This document shows, one piece after another, positions 22,055 through 33,784 of a stretch of DNA of 64,000 nt. Every line of letters begins with the position of its first letter. Position 1 is the first letter of the stretch. Both the position numbers and the translations under genes were made by a program. Under the pieces are notes generated by a model, which was not told where the DNA came from, made no database searches, and saw nothing but the letters and a program-made list of their open reading frames with translations. This stretch comes from an uncultured Verrucomicrobiae bacterium (GTDB lineage Bacteria > Verrucomicrobiota > Verrucomicrobiia > Chthoniobacterales > UBA10450): positions 160,001 through 224,000 of the forward strand of contig CAWIBO010000005.1 of assembly GCA_963834385.1 (NCBI GenBank), read 5' to 3'.

Positions 22055-23067
22055 GAGCCGGTTGCCGCCGGGTCCGACAGCAGCGTCTCCATAGCATCGA
22101 TCACACTCTGCGTCGAGATGAGGTTCATCGGCGCGCCGGGCTGATCCGGTTCAAATTGACGCAGGGGCTGGTCGTGACCGGCGCGCAGAATCACCGCCTC
22201 GACGTGGCGGGGGCGCCAGTGGAAAGGGTTGGTCGGGCCATACAGCGCCACCTGGCGGGTGCCGACGGCATCTGCAAGATGGGTGGTGGCGGAATCAACC
22301 CCGACGAGGAGGCGGGCGCGGCGGATCACTTCGGCGAGCCCGGGCAGGTCGAGCCGGCCGGAAAGATCGGAAACGACGTCGCCGGCGAGCGCCTTGATCT
22401 GCCGGAGATGTTCCTGTTCCAAGCGGTCGCTTCCGCCGGTGAGCAGACAGGCCGCGCCCGCGCGGGCGGCCTGTTGGATCACCTCGGCCCAGCGCTCGGG
22501 CACCCAGTATTTCTCCGCGCGCGCGGAGCCGGGATGGAACACGACATAGGGACGCGCGATCCCGGCCGAGGCGAGAATGGAATCCGTCTGCGCTCGCACG
22601 CCCTCCGGCAGATGAAGCTGCGGGCGGGAGGAGCCGGGCGCGATCCCGAGCGGGTCGAGGAAGGATTGGTAAAAGTCGGCGGTATGAAACTCGCGCACAC
22701 TGGAGGGGATGAGATCGGTGTAAATGAGGGGCCGCCAACGCGACTTCTGCAGGGTTCGCTCATAAGTCAGGCGGCGGCGCGCGCCGGAAAGCGCGGTCAG
22801 AAAACCGGAACGATCGGTGCGGGTGAAATCGAGGCAGTACTCGTAGCGACGAAACCCGAGGCGCAGCCAGTTCGCGCTGTCGGCCGGTCCGCTCCCGGCG
22901 ACGAGAGCACGGTCGAGGCCGGCAATGGCGGGGAGCAAGGGGGCGCAGCCGCGCGCCACGACAAGATCAAGCCGGGCGGAAGGAAGCGCTTCCCGCAACG
23001 CGGCGATGGTGGGCGTGGTCAGGACCAGATCGCCAATGCGCTTGAGCTGGAGAAGCAGGATGTTCAT
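22051..23067 (-). CDS. GT9 LPS heptosyltransferase family
   Basis: LKRIGDLVLTTP, HPGS---K-W, GVDSATTHLA and LYGPT. Confidence 0.92.
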   Translation of the reverse strand: MNILLLQLKRIGDLVLTTPTIAALREALPSARLDLVVARGCAPLLPAIAGLDRALVAGSGPADSANWLRLGFRRYEYCLDFTRTDRSGFLTALSGARRRLTYERTLQKSRWRPLIYTDLIPSSVREFHTADFYQSFLDPLGIAPGSSRPQLHLPEGVRAQTDSILASAGIARPYVVFHPGSARAEKYWVPERWAEVIQQAARAGAACLLTGGSDRLEQEHLRQIKALAGDVVSDLSGRLDLPGLAEVIRRARLLVGVDSATTHLADAVGTRQVALYGPTNPFHWRPRHVEAVILRAGHDQPLRQFEPDQPGAPMNLISTQSVIDAMETLLSDPAATGS

Positions 23068-23138
23068 GTCGCGCCGGGCATCATCCTAGGCGGGACCGCG
23101 TTTTCAGGAAGCCCGGAGTCAGGCGTCGTCCCGCCTCG

Positions 23139-24320
23139 CTACGGTTTGGTGCGCAGGGCGCGGTCGTAGGCGACGAGGAGGCGGCTGCGGAAATGGTCCC
23201 AGGTGAAATTTTCCACCACGCGTCGCCGGGCCGCCTCGCTCATCTGGTCCACCAAGGCCGGATTATCGTAAAGATGGCGGATGGCCTCGGCCAGACGATC
23301 CACGTTGGCCGGGGGAATGACCAGGCCTTCCACGCCGTCGCGGACGACGTCGCCCGACTCGCGGGTGATGACCTGGGGAAGACCGCAGGCCGCCGCCTCG
23401 TAGGTGGTCTTGGCGCTTCCCTCCCATTGCGAGGGAAAAATGTGGATCGTGCCCTGCTTGAGATATTCCTCGGGGTTCCGCGCAAAACCGACCACGCGCA
23501 CGTTCTCGCGGTGGTACTTTTCGAGATGCGGTTTTGCCTCGGGGTGCACGGCGCCGACCAGCCAGAGCTCCGCCTCTTTCAAGTCGAGCCGGTGCCAGGC
23601 TTCCAGGAGATGATGAATGCCTTTGCGCTCAATGAGCGCCCCGGAAAAAACGGCGCGAAATAGCGGCGGTTTTTTGCCGGGGCGAAACCGCTCCACGTCC
23701 ACTCCGCGGGGGAGGTAAAAGAGTTTTTCCTCGGGAAAACCGCGCTCGCGGAATGTTTCCGTGGCCGCCTCGGAGAGGACCAGGATCAGGCTGGCAAGAT
23801 CGTATTCCTCGCGGAACCGCTCGAGGCCGAGAAGAAAGCGGTCTTTCCACGAACCGGTCCGGGCCGGTTCGCGTTGCTGCGGGACGGCGTCGCGATGCCA
23901 GGTGGGGATCTCGAGAACCGAAGGAACGCCGCGGTCACGGGCCGCGCGCAGAGTGCGCAAACAATCGCCCGACCAGCTATGAAAAAGATCGTAGTCGCCG
24001 GCGGCCAGCTCGCGCGCGGCCACCCAGTCGAGGTAATGCTTCTTGGCACCATAATAATAGGGCCGGTCGAGAAAGGAGAGGAGGCGGACCGGATGCCAGC
24101 GGAGTGACTTGATCAGGTGGGCCGGAATTTCCTCCTGGCGATTGTCGTAGGCGACGGCCTTTCCGAGAAAGCCGCCCCGGGCGGAGGCGCGCAACGACTC
24201 GAAGGCGTCGGTATCGAGACCGCTGCCGCCGATGCGGGCAAAGATGGAATAAAGCAGGCGGCGCGGCGCCCGGAGCGGAACGCCGGCGGCGACGGGAGGA
24301 GAAATAGGTTCGCCCGCCAT
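23139..24320 (-). CDS. GT4 family glycosyltransferase
   Basis: RKGIHHLLEAW and FPSQWEGSAKTTYEAAACGLP (E-x7-E). Confidence 0.92.
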   Translation of the reverse strand: MAGEPISPPVAAGVPLRAPRRLLYSIFARIGGSGLDTDAFESLRASARGGFLGKAVAYDNRQEEIPAHLIKSLRWHPVRLLSFLDRPYYYGAKKHYLDWVAARELAAGDYDLFHSWSGDCLRTLRAARDRGVPSVLEIPTWHRDAVPQQREPARTGSWKDRFLLGLERFREEYDLASLILVLSEAATETFRERGFPEEKLFYLPRGVDVERFRPGKKPPLFRAVFSGALIERKGIHHLLEAWHRLDLKEAELWLVGAVHPEAKPHLEKYHRENVRVVGFARNPEEYLKQGTIHIFPSQWEGSAKTTYEAAACGLPQVITRESGDVVRDGVEGLVIPPANVDRLAEAIRHLYDNPALVDQMSEAARRRVVENFTWDHFRSRLLVAYDRALRTKP

Positions 24321-24417
24321 GAGAGGTCACTATTCTGGTGTGCGCTGGCCAAGTAAAGCGGAAGCGAAAGTCGTAAGACGGTTGGCCGCGAGGGCGGGTC
24401 GCGGCTAGGGTGGCTGG

Positions 24418-25524
24418 GTGGGAGAAAGTCTGACCATCGGGGTGGTGCGCCGCGGCTATTCGGCAAGCGGCGGGGCGGAGGCCTATCTGCAGCGCTTTGC
24501 CGAGGGGGCGCGGGCGGAGGGGCATGTGGTTCCGCTTTATACCACGCGCGAATGGCCGGCCGGGGCCTGGTCGGCCGGACCGATCACCTATCTCGAGGGG
24601 AGTTCGCCGGTGGCGTTTGCCGATGCATTGAAAGAGCAGCCGACAGGCGAAGCCTGCGATGTTTTGTTCAGCCTGGAGCGGGTCTGGCGCTGCGATGTCT
24701 ACCGCGCAGGCGACGGGGTGCATCTGGCCTGGTTGAAGCGGCGGGCGCAGGGCTCGGTGTTTCGCCGGCTGAAAGCGCTGGCCACGCCGAAGCACCGGCA
24801 GATCCTGCGGCTGGAGGATGCGCTCCTGCGCCGCGGCCAGGCAGGCCGGGTCATCGTCAATTCGACCATGGTCCGCGACGAGATCGCCCGGTTTTACGGA
24901 TATCCGGCCCGCCAGATGCACGTGATCCACAATGGGGTCCCGCTGGCGGCCTTCTCCGCGCCCGAGAACAGGCGCGAGCCGATGCGCCGCGAACTGGGGC
25001 TTTCACCCGAAACCATCGCGGTTGTTTTTGCCGGAACCGGCGCCCGGCGCAAAGGCCTGGCCTGCGCCATCGAAGCCGTGGAGAAAAGCTCGAACGACCG
25101 GTTCCGGCTGCTGGTGGCCGGGCGGAACAGCGTGAAAAGCGAGGGCCGGGTGCTCAATCTTGGTCCGCGAGGGGATTTGCCGGATCTCCTCTCCGCGGCC
25201 GACATTTTTCTTTTGCCGACGCTTTATGATCCCTTTTCCAACGCCTGCCTGGAGGCGCTCGCCGCCGGGCTGCCGGTGATCACCACGCGGGCGAACGGCT
25301 TCAGCGAAATCATCCGGGAAGGCGTGCACGGCACGATCATCCCGGATGCGCGCGACTGCGGCGCGATCCAGAGCGCGCTGACTTACTGGTCAAACACGGG
25401 CCGGCGGGAGCAGGCGCGCCCCGTTATCAGGGCGCTGGCCGCCGAGCATGACGTCAGCCGCAACGTGACGGAGACTCTCGCGGTGCTGACTCAGGCCTTG
25501 AGGGCCTCGTCCACCGTCGGATAA
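24418..25524 (+). CDS. GT4 family glycosyltransferase (RfaG/WaaG-like, LPS core)
   Basis: GGAEAY, DVYRAGDGVH, RKGL and PTLYDPFSNACLEALAAGLPV. Confidence 0.9.
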   Translation: MGESLTIGVVRRGYSASGGAEAYLQRFAEGARAEGHVVPLYTTREWPAGAWSAGPITYLEGSSPVAFADALKEQPTGEACDVLFSLERVWRCDVYRAGDGVHLAWLKRRAQGSVFRRLKALATPKHRQILRLEDALLRRGQAGRVIVNSTMVRDEIARFYGYPARQMHVIHNGVPLAAFSAPENRREPMRRELGLSPETIAVVFAGTGARRKGLACAIEAVEKSSNDRFRLLVAGRNSVKSEGRVLNLGPRGDLPDLLSAADIFLLPTLYDPFSNACLEALAAGLPVITTRANGFSEIIREGVHGTIIPDARDCGAIQSALTYWSNTGRREQARPVIRALAAEHDVSRNVTETLAVLTQALRASSTVG

Positions 25525-25808
25525 ATGCGGAAGACCTGGTCGAGCCGCGCGATCTCGAAGATTGGCCGGACGCCATCCTGCAGACCCGCGAGGGCAAATT
25601 TGCCGCCATTGCGCTGCACCGTTTGCATTCCCTCGATCAGGACGGCCAGACCCGAGCTGTCGATGTAGCTGACCTTTGAAAGATCGACTACGACGTGGTC
25701 CGGCTTCCGGGCAATGATCTCGGCCAGCGAGGCCGCGATGCGGGGCGAAATGTGGAGATCGATCTCGCCCTCGAGTGGCAGAACATTTTTGGCGGCTTCG
25801 TCGGTCAT
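25491..25808 (-). CDS. STAS-domain anti-sigma-factor antagonist
   Basis: LEGEIDL, DLSKVSYIDSSGL and IFEIARLD. Confidence 0.92.
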   Translation of the reverse strand: MTDEAAKNVLPLEGEIDLHISPRIAASLAEIIARKPDHVVVDLSKVSYIDSSGLAVLIEGMQTVQRNGGKFALAGLQDGVRPIFEIARLDQVFRIYPTVDEALKA

Positions 25809-25854
25809 GGCAGGAGCTTGAGGCCAACATTCCACCGAACCGGCCTCCGTCAAT

Positions 25855-26538
25855 TCACCATCCAAGAGTCTTCATCACCGTCTCCACCTGCGAGAGATCA
25901 TCGAAAAGGAAATCGGGTTCCCAGCGGGCCAGTTGTTCACGGGTCCAGCTCCCGGTGGCCACCGCGACCGTGCGCGCCCCGAACGCCTTGCCGCAGGCGA
26001 TATCGTGCCCGGTGTCGCCGATCACGTCGATGAACGCCCCCTCGAACTCGTGGCCATGTTTCTCCAGGGCCCGTCTCCGCGCGAACTCGCCGAGCCGGTT
26101 CCGGTCCATGTCATCATCGGCAAAGGCGCCGAAGTCGAAATAATGCCAGAGGCCATAACGTTCCAGTTTCAGCCTGGCCCCGCGTTGCAGGTTGCCGGTG
26201 AGCAGCCCGAGCACCCGGTCGTCACGTCCATGGGTGAGCCGGAGAAGCTCGGCCACGCCGGGAAGAACGCGCCCCTGCAGTTGCGGCAAAAAATCGCCGA
26301 GATGCGCGAGGTAACGCTCAAGGAAGGAGGCAAGTTCGGACGGCGTCGGTTCCACCCCGTATTTGCGGAGGACGCTGGCGGCTATGTGCGCGTCGGTCCG
26401 CCCCGCGATCTCGATGTCATGCAGGTCGTCCTCCACCCGCCAGCGTTCCGTGATGGCGCGTTTCAGCGCCCGGTCGCCCGCGCCGGCGGTGGTCACGAGG
26501 GTGGCGTCGATATCCCAAAGAAGAAGGCGTTTTGACAT
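25855..26538 (-). CDS. HAD-family hydrolase
   Basis: WDIDATL, LTGN and IGDTGHDIACG. Confidence 0.9.
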   Translation of the reverse strand: MSKRLLLWDIDATLVTTAGAGDRALKRAITERWRVEDDLHDIEIAGRTDAHIAASVLRKYGVEPTPSELASFLERYLAHLGDFLPQLQGRVLPGVAELLRLTHGRDDRVLGLLTGNLQRGARLKLERYGLWHYFDFGAFADDDMDRNRLGEFARRRALEKHGHEFEGAFIDVIGDTGHDIACGKAFGARTVAVATGSWTREQLARWEPDFLFDDLSQVETVMKTLGW

Positions 26539-26595
26539 TTCGTGGCGAAGAATCTCGAATGCGAAGGAAAGGGCGACGCTAAACTGAAACGGGAA

Positions 26596-27454
26596 ATGGA
26601 AAATCGAGAATTCGGCAACGCCCTACCGGGGCCGGCTGGCGCCGTCCCCCACCGGTTATCTGCATCTCGGGCATGCCCTGACCTTTTGGCAGGCGCAGAA
26701 ACGGGCGCGAGCGGCGGCGGGGACGCTGGTGCTGCGGGTGGAGGATCTCGATCCGGCGCGTTGCCGCCCGGAGTTCAGCGTCGCCATCATGGAAGATCTG
26801 GCCTGGTTCGGCCTGCGTTGGGACGAGGGCCCGGAGAAAGGGGGACCGCATCCGCCCTACCGTCAAAGCGAACGGACCGACCTCTATCGGGCGGCGCTGG
26901 CGAAGTTGCGTGAGGGCAATTTCGTTTATCCCTGCGTTTGTTCACGCCGCGATGTGCTCTCGGCCGCGGGGGCGCCGCACGCGGAGGACGAAGAGCCGCT
27001 TTATCCCGGGACCTGTCGCGACCGGCCGATGGGCCCGGCGGAAAACGCGCAGGGCGTGCATTGGCGTTTTCGCGTGCCCGACCAGGAGCGGCTGGTCTTC
27101 GAGGATGGACACCTTGGCCGGCAGGAAGCGGTCGCCGGGCGCGATTTCGGCGACTTCGTGGTCTGGCGGAAGGACGACGTGCCCGCTTACCAGCTCGCGG
27201 TGGCGGTGGACGATGCCGCGATGGAAATCAGCGAGGTGGTGCGGGGCGCCGATCTTCTGACCTCAACCTTCCGGCAACTGCTGGTTTACCGCGCGCTCGG
27301 CCTGACGCCGCCGCGGTTTTTTCATGCCGACCTGGTCACCGACGCGCAGGGGAAACGGCTGGCCAAGCGTCATGAAGCGCTGAGCCTGCGCGCCTTGCGG
27401 GCAAGTGGAGCGGACCCGGCGATCCTGCGGGCGGAAAATGCGCGGGGCGCCTAG
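26596..27454 (+). CDS. gluQ: Glutamyl-Q tRNA(Asp) synthetase; apparent frameshift near 26600
   Basis: YRGRLAPSPTGYLHLGH upstream in the same frame as ORF 26729, then RVEDLD, CVCSR, YPGTCR, AYQLA, RGADL and RLAKR; no anticodon domain. Confidence 0.9.
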
Positions 27455-27966
27455 GGGGTCGGGGGCGCGCTGATCTGGAAGACCGCGATCATGCTGGCAA
27501 GGAAAGCGAGGAGGGCGATCGCGGCCGCGGCCAGCAAAGCCGGGCGCAGCGGATCCTTGTTCTTGCTCCGGGGCGGAAACGGGGAGGCGTTCACAAAATC
27601 GTCCGGGCGCGCGCTCGTCTCGGCCGGGCGAATGGCGATTTCCTCCGCCTCCGGGAGCGGCTGGGCGCCCTCGGCCGGGTCGGCTTCATAGCGCGCCTCC
27701 ACTTTGCCGAAGCGGATGCGGTCGCCGGCGCGGAGGGCGACGTCGGTGATTGTCTCGTCGTTCAAGCGGGTGCCGTTGGTCGAGCCGAGGTCGCGCAAAT
27801 GGTAGCCGTTCCCAACCCGGCGCAGCTCGGCATGACGTCCCGAGACGGAGGGGTCGTCGAGCACGATCTGGTTGTCCGGGCCGCGGCCGATGGTGACGGT
27901 TTCGTCGGCCACCTCGTGGGAGGCGGGATGGTCACCGCTGCGAAAGCTCAAGCGAGGCATCCCCAT
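27451..27966 (-). CDS. FHA-domain protein with C-terminal TM helix
   Basis: IGR, VSGRHA and DLGSTNGT. Confidence 0.9.
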   Translation of the reverse strand: MGMPRLSFRSGDHPASHEVADETVTIGRGPDNQIVLDDPSVSGRHAELRRVGNGYHLRDLGSTNGTRLNDETITDVALRAGDRIRFGKVEARYEADPAEGAQPLPEAEEIAIRPAETSARPDDFVNASPFPPRSKNKDPLRPALLAAAAIALLAFLASMIAVFQISAPPTP

Positions 27967-28014
27967 CGCATAACAGGAGATGCGCTCGAGTTCAACGCGA
28001 TATGCGGGGGCTCA

Positions 28015-28043
28015 TTGACCGGGCTCTGGCGCGCCCGCATAGT
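28015..28043 (+). promoter_or_regulatory. sigma70-like promoter of lepA (near-leaderless)
   Basis: TTGACC-17 bp-CATAGT, 9 nt before the ATG at 28053. Confidence 0.55.
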
Positions 28044-28052
28044 GCCGCTTCC

Positions 28053-29849
<1,797 letters not shown>

Positions 29850-29891
29850 AGAACTCGCCGTCCCCGGGGCAGGGTGGTAGGCTTTGCCGTC

Positions 29892-31181
29892 ATGCAATGG
29901 CCCCGGTGGTTCATCGCAGTCTGTCTCGCCCTCGCTGGCGCATTTTTCTGGCTGGGGCGCTGGGCTGCCTCCACCGCTGAAAAGTCCGGGACTGAAGAAC
30001 GACCGACCGTTTCCGCAGAGTCCCCGGTGGGCAATCGGTCGATCGGCGCGTCGGCGAAAGACGATTTCGCGCGTGTCCGGATCGAGAACCTTGGCCAGGT
30101 CGGGTTCGATCACGCCTACGAATTGATTCAGTCGGCTTCCGAGGAAGCGCTCGCCGGATGGACCCGGCGCCTGGAGGCTTTGCCCGCAGGCCCGCAGCGC
30201 ACGGCCGGCCTCACCGCCTTTTTCAGAACGCTGGCTCAGATCGATTCGAGGAAGGCTGTGGACCTGGCTCTCGGGATGGAGCGGACCAGTGCGCGGTGGA
30301 ATGCCGTCGACGCAATCACCGTTGCCACCTCCGCGTCGGATCTGGGCGAAGTGGCGCGACTGTATTCTGCCCTCAATGAAAAGGGGCCGGATGGCGCTGA
30401 TTTAGTTGCCACCTGGAGCCGGACCGATCCGGTTCGCGCCGCCGCGTGGGCGGCCGGTTATCCCGGCGGGGTTCAGGATTACGGACTGGCCGCACTGATG
30501 GCCAACTGGGGGGCCCTGGATCCCGTGGGAGCCGGTCGGTGGTTGGCGGAGGCCGGCCCGAAGTTCCAGGACCCGAGGGTCCTGGCAGGTTTTTACAGCG
30601 GCTGGGTCGAAGCGGACTTCGCCGCCGCGGTGTCAGACCTCCGTGAACGCGGAACGGATGAACGGTTTGCGCCGGCGATTCAGAGAGTGGCCACGGAGCT
30701 ATTCAAGGAGTCGCCTCAGTCCACTCGGGCCTACGTTCTCGCGCTGCCGCCCGGCCCGCGGGAGGCTGCGATCGATGCGGTGGTCGGCGATGTCACTGCG
30801 ATCTACCTGGGGGGCGGGCCGGAGCTCGAAATTGAGGAAGTGGCGGAATGGCTTGTGACATTGCCGGATGAGCTTTGGCGCGGGCATATTGGCGCGATCA
30901 TGAGCCAATGGCATGACGAGACGGCAACGGAGGCATGGCTGGGCCGGCTGCCTCTCCAAACCCGCGATGTGGTGCTCTCGCGTGTTTGCGCGGAATACCG
31001 CACAGACATGCCGACAGAGTCTTTTCGGGCTGGCCTGCGCATCAGTGACCCGCAGCTCCGTGAACGCACCTTCCGCGAAATCTTTCAGAAACTTGAGGAA
31101 GAAGAGCGTCAAAAATTGTTTGGCGCTCTCGAGCTATCCCCCGGGGAAACGCGGGAGTTGGAGTCATTATTGCGGCCATGA
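29892..31181 (+). CDS. Membrane-anchored alpha-helical repeat hypothetical protein
   Basis: N-terminal TM; repeated W-x3-DP-x-A-x2-W motifs. Confidence 0.7.
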   Translation: MQWPRWFIAVCLALAGAFFWLGRWAASTAEKSGTEERPTVSAESPVGNRSIGASAKDDFARVRIENLGQVGFDHAYELIQSASEEALAGWTRRLEALPAGPQRTAGLTAFFRTLAQIDSRKAVDLALGMERTSARWNAVDAITVATSASDLGEVARLYSALNEKGPDGADLVATWSRTDPVRAAAWAAGYPGGVQDYGLAALMANWGALDPVGAGRWLAEAGPKFQDPRVLAGFYSGWVEADFAAAVSDLRERGTDERFAPAIQRVATELFKESPQSTRAYVLALPPGPREAAIDAVVGDVTAIYLGGGPELEIEEVAEWLVTLPDELWRGHIGAIMSQWHDETATEAWLGRLPLQTRDVVLSRVCAEYRTDMPTESFRAGLRISDPQLRERTFREIFQKLEEEERQKLFGALELSPGETRELESLLRP

Positions 31182-32587
31182 GCGCGCGAACCCGCCATAT
31201 CCTGGCCGTGCTGGTTTTTGTCAGCGTGGCGTCCTTCGCCACCGGCAGGCTTTTTCCGCGGGCGCCCGGAGCCTCGCCCGATCGCCCGCGCATGGATGAT
31301 CGATCGGTCGCTCCGCTTTCGCAGCCACTAGCGCCGGTGGAAGTTCCCGCGCTCGTTCCAAACGTGGTGGGAATGACCTCCTACGAGCGGTATTCGCTCT
31401 TCAAGGCGGCCTCGGCGGAAACGCTTCGGAGTTATCATCATCAACTAATGCAGATTCGTCCGCGACCAACCCGCTGGGCGGCGCTGGAATCATTTTTCAA
31501 AACCCTCATTCAGATTGATCCGATTCTGACTCAAAATCTCATTATCGCGATGGAGGGAGATGACAAGTGGACCGCCCTTTCTGCGATCAGGGAAGGGGCC
31601 CCTCCTCGCGGCATGTCGGCCGTCGCGGAGGTTCTTGTCAGCCTCAATCGGAGCAAGATTTCCGGGTGCAGTTGGGATCTGCTGGGTGACAGCCTGGATG
31701 AGTGGGGAAAAAATGATCCGCTGGCGTTGAAGCAATTCCTGGAGAGTCATCGCGACAAGGACGTGGAACGCTACTTTCCACGCCTCGTCCGGCGATGGGC
31801 CGCCTACGACCCGGAGGCGGCCCGGCAATGGATAGAGGAACAGATTCGGAACCGCCCAATTCCGCCGGAGATCGAAGCGGGGCAAAGCGAGGCAATGGAA
31901 AACTCCGAATGGAGAGGCATCGGGAGTGGGATGTTCTCAGCCTGGGTGGAGGGTCTTCTCGATTTCGATGCGGTGGCTGCTGTCGACTACGTCTTCCAGC
32001 ACTCGAAGGAAGAGCATGTGACCGAGGCCTTGTCCTCTTTTACGGGGAATCTGTTTGCCAACTCGCCCGAGCGGGCCCGCAACCTTGTGAGTCAGTTGAG
32101 CGGCGAAGCACAGAGACTGGCCCTGAGAGGTGTCGGCGTCCGAGCAGACCGCTTTGTGGAGTATCACGGACCCGATAATCAGCTTTCGCCGCGTTTTGTG
32201 GTGGAATGGATGTTTCAGCTTCCGCAGGCCCAATGGGAAAACAACCTGGAGAATCCGCTCCGAGAGTGGCGGGTCGCGGACGCGGATGAACTTTTTGCAT
32301 GGATTAGCGAACTCCCGGCGGACAAACGAGTCGCGGTAGTCCGGGAATTCCCGGTCTATTTTTCCGGGGGCACCCCGGGCGATTTCGAATTCATTCTGCA
32401 GTTGCGCGATCCTGTCGTGCGCGAGCAGCTCCTGGAAAAGCTCATGCGCACGACCGATTATGACGGCGCGGCGCTTCGTGCTGCTGTAGAACAGTCCTCC
32501 TTGCCCGAAACCCAGAAGTCGCATCTGATCGGTTTGATCCCGGCTGAGAGCACGGTCGCCGCCACGGTGGGCGCTCCGACAGAATAG
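31178..32587 (+). CDS. Membrane-anchored alpha-helical repeat hypothetical protein, paralog of the upstream gene
   Basis: N-terminal TM; FFKTLIQIDP, WGKNDP and WAAYDPEAARQW; ATGA overlap. Confidence 0.7.
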   Translation: MSARTRHILAVLVFVSVASFATGRLFPRAPGASPDRPRMDDRSVAPLSQPLAPVEVPALVPNVVGMTSYERYSLFKAASAETLRSYHHQLMQIRPRPTRWAALESFFKTLIQIDPILTQNLIIAMEGDDKWTALSAIREGAPPRGMSAVAEVLVSLNRSKISGCSWDLLGDSLDEWGKNDPLALKQFLESHRDKDVERYFPRLVRRWAAYDPEAARQWIEEQIRNRPIPPEIEAGQSEAMENSEWRGIGSGMFSAWVEGLLDFDAVAAVDYVFQHSKEEHVTEALSSFTGNLFANSPERARNLVSQLSGEAQRLALRGVGVRADRFVEYHGPDNQLSPRFVVEWMFQLPQAQWENNLENPLREWRVADADELFAWISELPADKRVAVVREFPVYFSGGTPGDFEFILQLRDPVVREQLLEKLMRTTDYDGAALRAAVEQSSLPETQKSHLIGLIPAESTVAATVGAPTE

Positions 32588-32681
32588 CGTCCCGGCGTTC
32601 AGCGCGCGGCCTTTCGCAAGACCCGGCAGTTTTGCGGTGGTGCGGCGTGACAAGGCGTCGTGGCTGCGTAGCGTTGCGCGC

Positions 32682-33779
32682 ATGTTCCTTTTCACCCCGC
32701 GTTACCTGAAGCAAAGCCGGCTGCTCCTGCGGCACGCGCGCAAGGTGCTGCGTTACAAGCGCGATATTCTGCGGCCGGAACAGAAGGAGGCGCTCGAGGG
32801 CAGCATCGCCGAGGTGAAAACGGCGCTGCGCGAGCGGCAACGGAATCGCATCGAAGAGACGTCGCGCCGCCTCGACGAGGTCGTGGCCGGGATCACGCCG
32901 GTGACCTGGGAATCGCACTGGCGCGAGAACGTCGAGGTGATCCTCGTCGCGGTGGTGGTGGCGGTCGGCATTCGTTCCTATTTCCTGCAGCCTTTCAAGA
33001 TCCCGACCGGATCGATGCAGCCGACCCTGAACGGGATCGTGGGCCACCGCGAGATGGACCCGGCCCCGAACGTGGTCCAGCAGGCGCTCGAATATGTCTT
33101 TCTCGGGCGCAACTACATCAACGTCGTCTCCCAGCGCAACGACCGGATCGAGCAGATCGTCCCGGTGAAGTTTCTCTACTTTTTCACCTTCTCCCGCATC
33201 ATCTGCCAGGAGCAGGTCTTTCGCGTTTACTGTCCGCCCGAACAGCTTCGCCAGGATTTCAAAGTGCTGCCGGGAAACCGGATCGCTGCAGGTGAAGTCA
33301 TCGCGCGCGGCTATGTCGATACCGGCGACCAGGTTTTCGTCGACAAGTTCAGCTACAATTTCGTGAAACCGAAGCGGGGCGACGTGTTTGTCTTTCGAAC
33401 CGAGGGGGTCTCGGGGATTCCGGCCGACCCGGTGATCGGTTCGCCTTTCTACATCAAGCGCCTCACGGGCATGCCGGGTGACCGGCTTCTCATCCGGACG
33501 CCGCTCCTTTACGTGAACGGCGAGCTGGCGCGCGGGGAAGGGGTGGAGCGGGTGATGTCGGCCCGACTGCCCTATCGCGGGTATGTGCCCGGGCCGGAGT
33601 ACGACGGTCAGCCGAGCGCCGAGTTTGAAGTGTCGGAGCAGGGATATTTTGCCATGGGCGACAACAGCAACAACAGCTACGACAGCCGCTACTGGGGTTC
33701 CGTCCCGGAAGAGAACGTGGTCGGGAGCGCGCTGTTCGTTTACTGGCCCTTTGGACGGCACTGGGGCCTGATTCGGTAG
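32682..33779 (+). CDS. lepB: Signal peptidase I with extended N-terminus
   Basis: PFKIPTGSMQPTL, YIKRLTGMPGD and MGDNSNNSYDSRYWG. Confidence 0.96.
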   Translation: MFLFTPRYLKQSRLLLRHARKVLRYKRDILRPEQKEALEGSIAEVKTALRERQRNRIEETSRRLDEVVAGITPVTWESHWRENVEVILVAVVVAVGIRSYFLQPFKIPTGSMQPTLNGIVGHREMDPAPNVVQQALEYVFLGRNYINVVSQRNDRIEQIVPVKFLYFFTFSRIICQEQVFRVYCPPEQLRQDFKVLPGNRIAAGEVIARGYVDTGDQVFVDKFSYNFVKPKRGDVFVFRTEGVSGIPADPVIGSPFYIKRLTGMPGDRLLIRTPLLYVNGELARGEGVERVMSARLPYRGYVPGPEYDGQPSAEFEVSEQGYFAMGDNSNNSYDSRYWGSVPEENVVGSALFVYWPFGRHWGLIR

Positions 33780-33784
33780 CGGCC

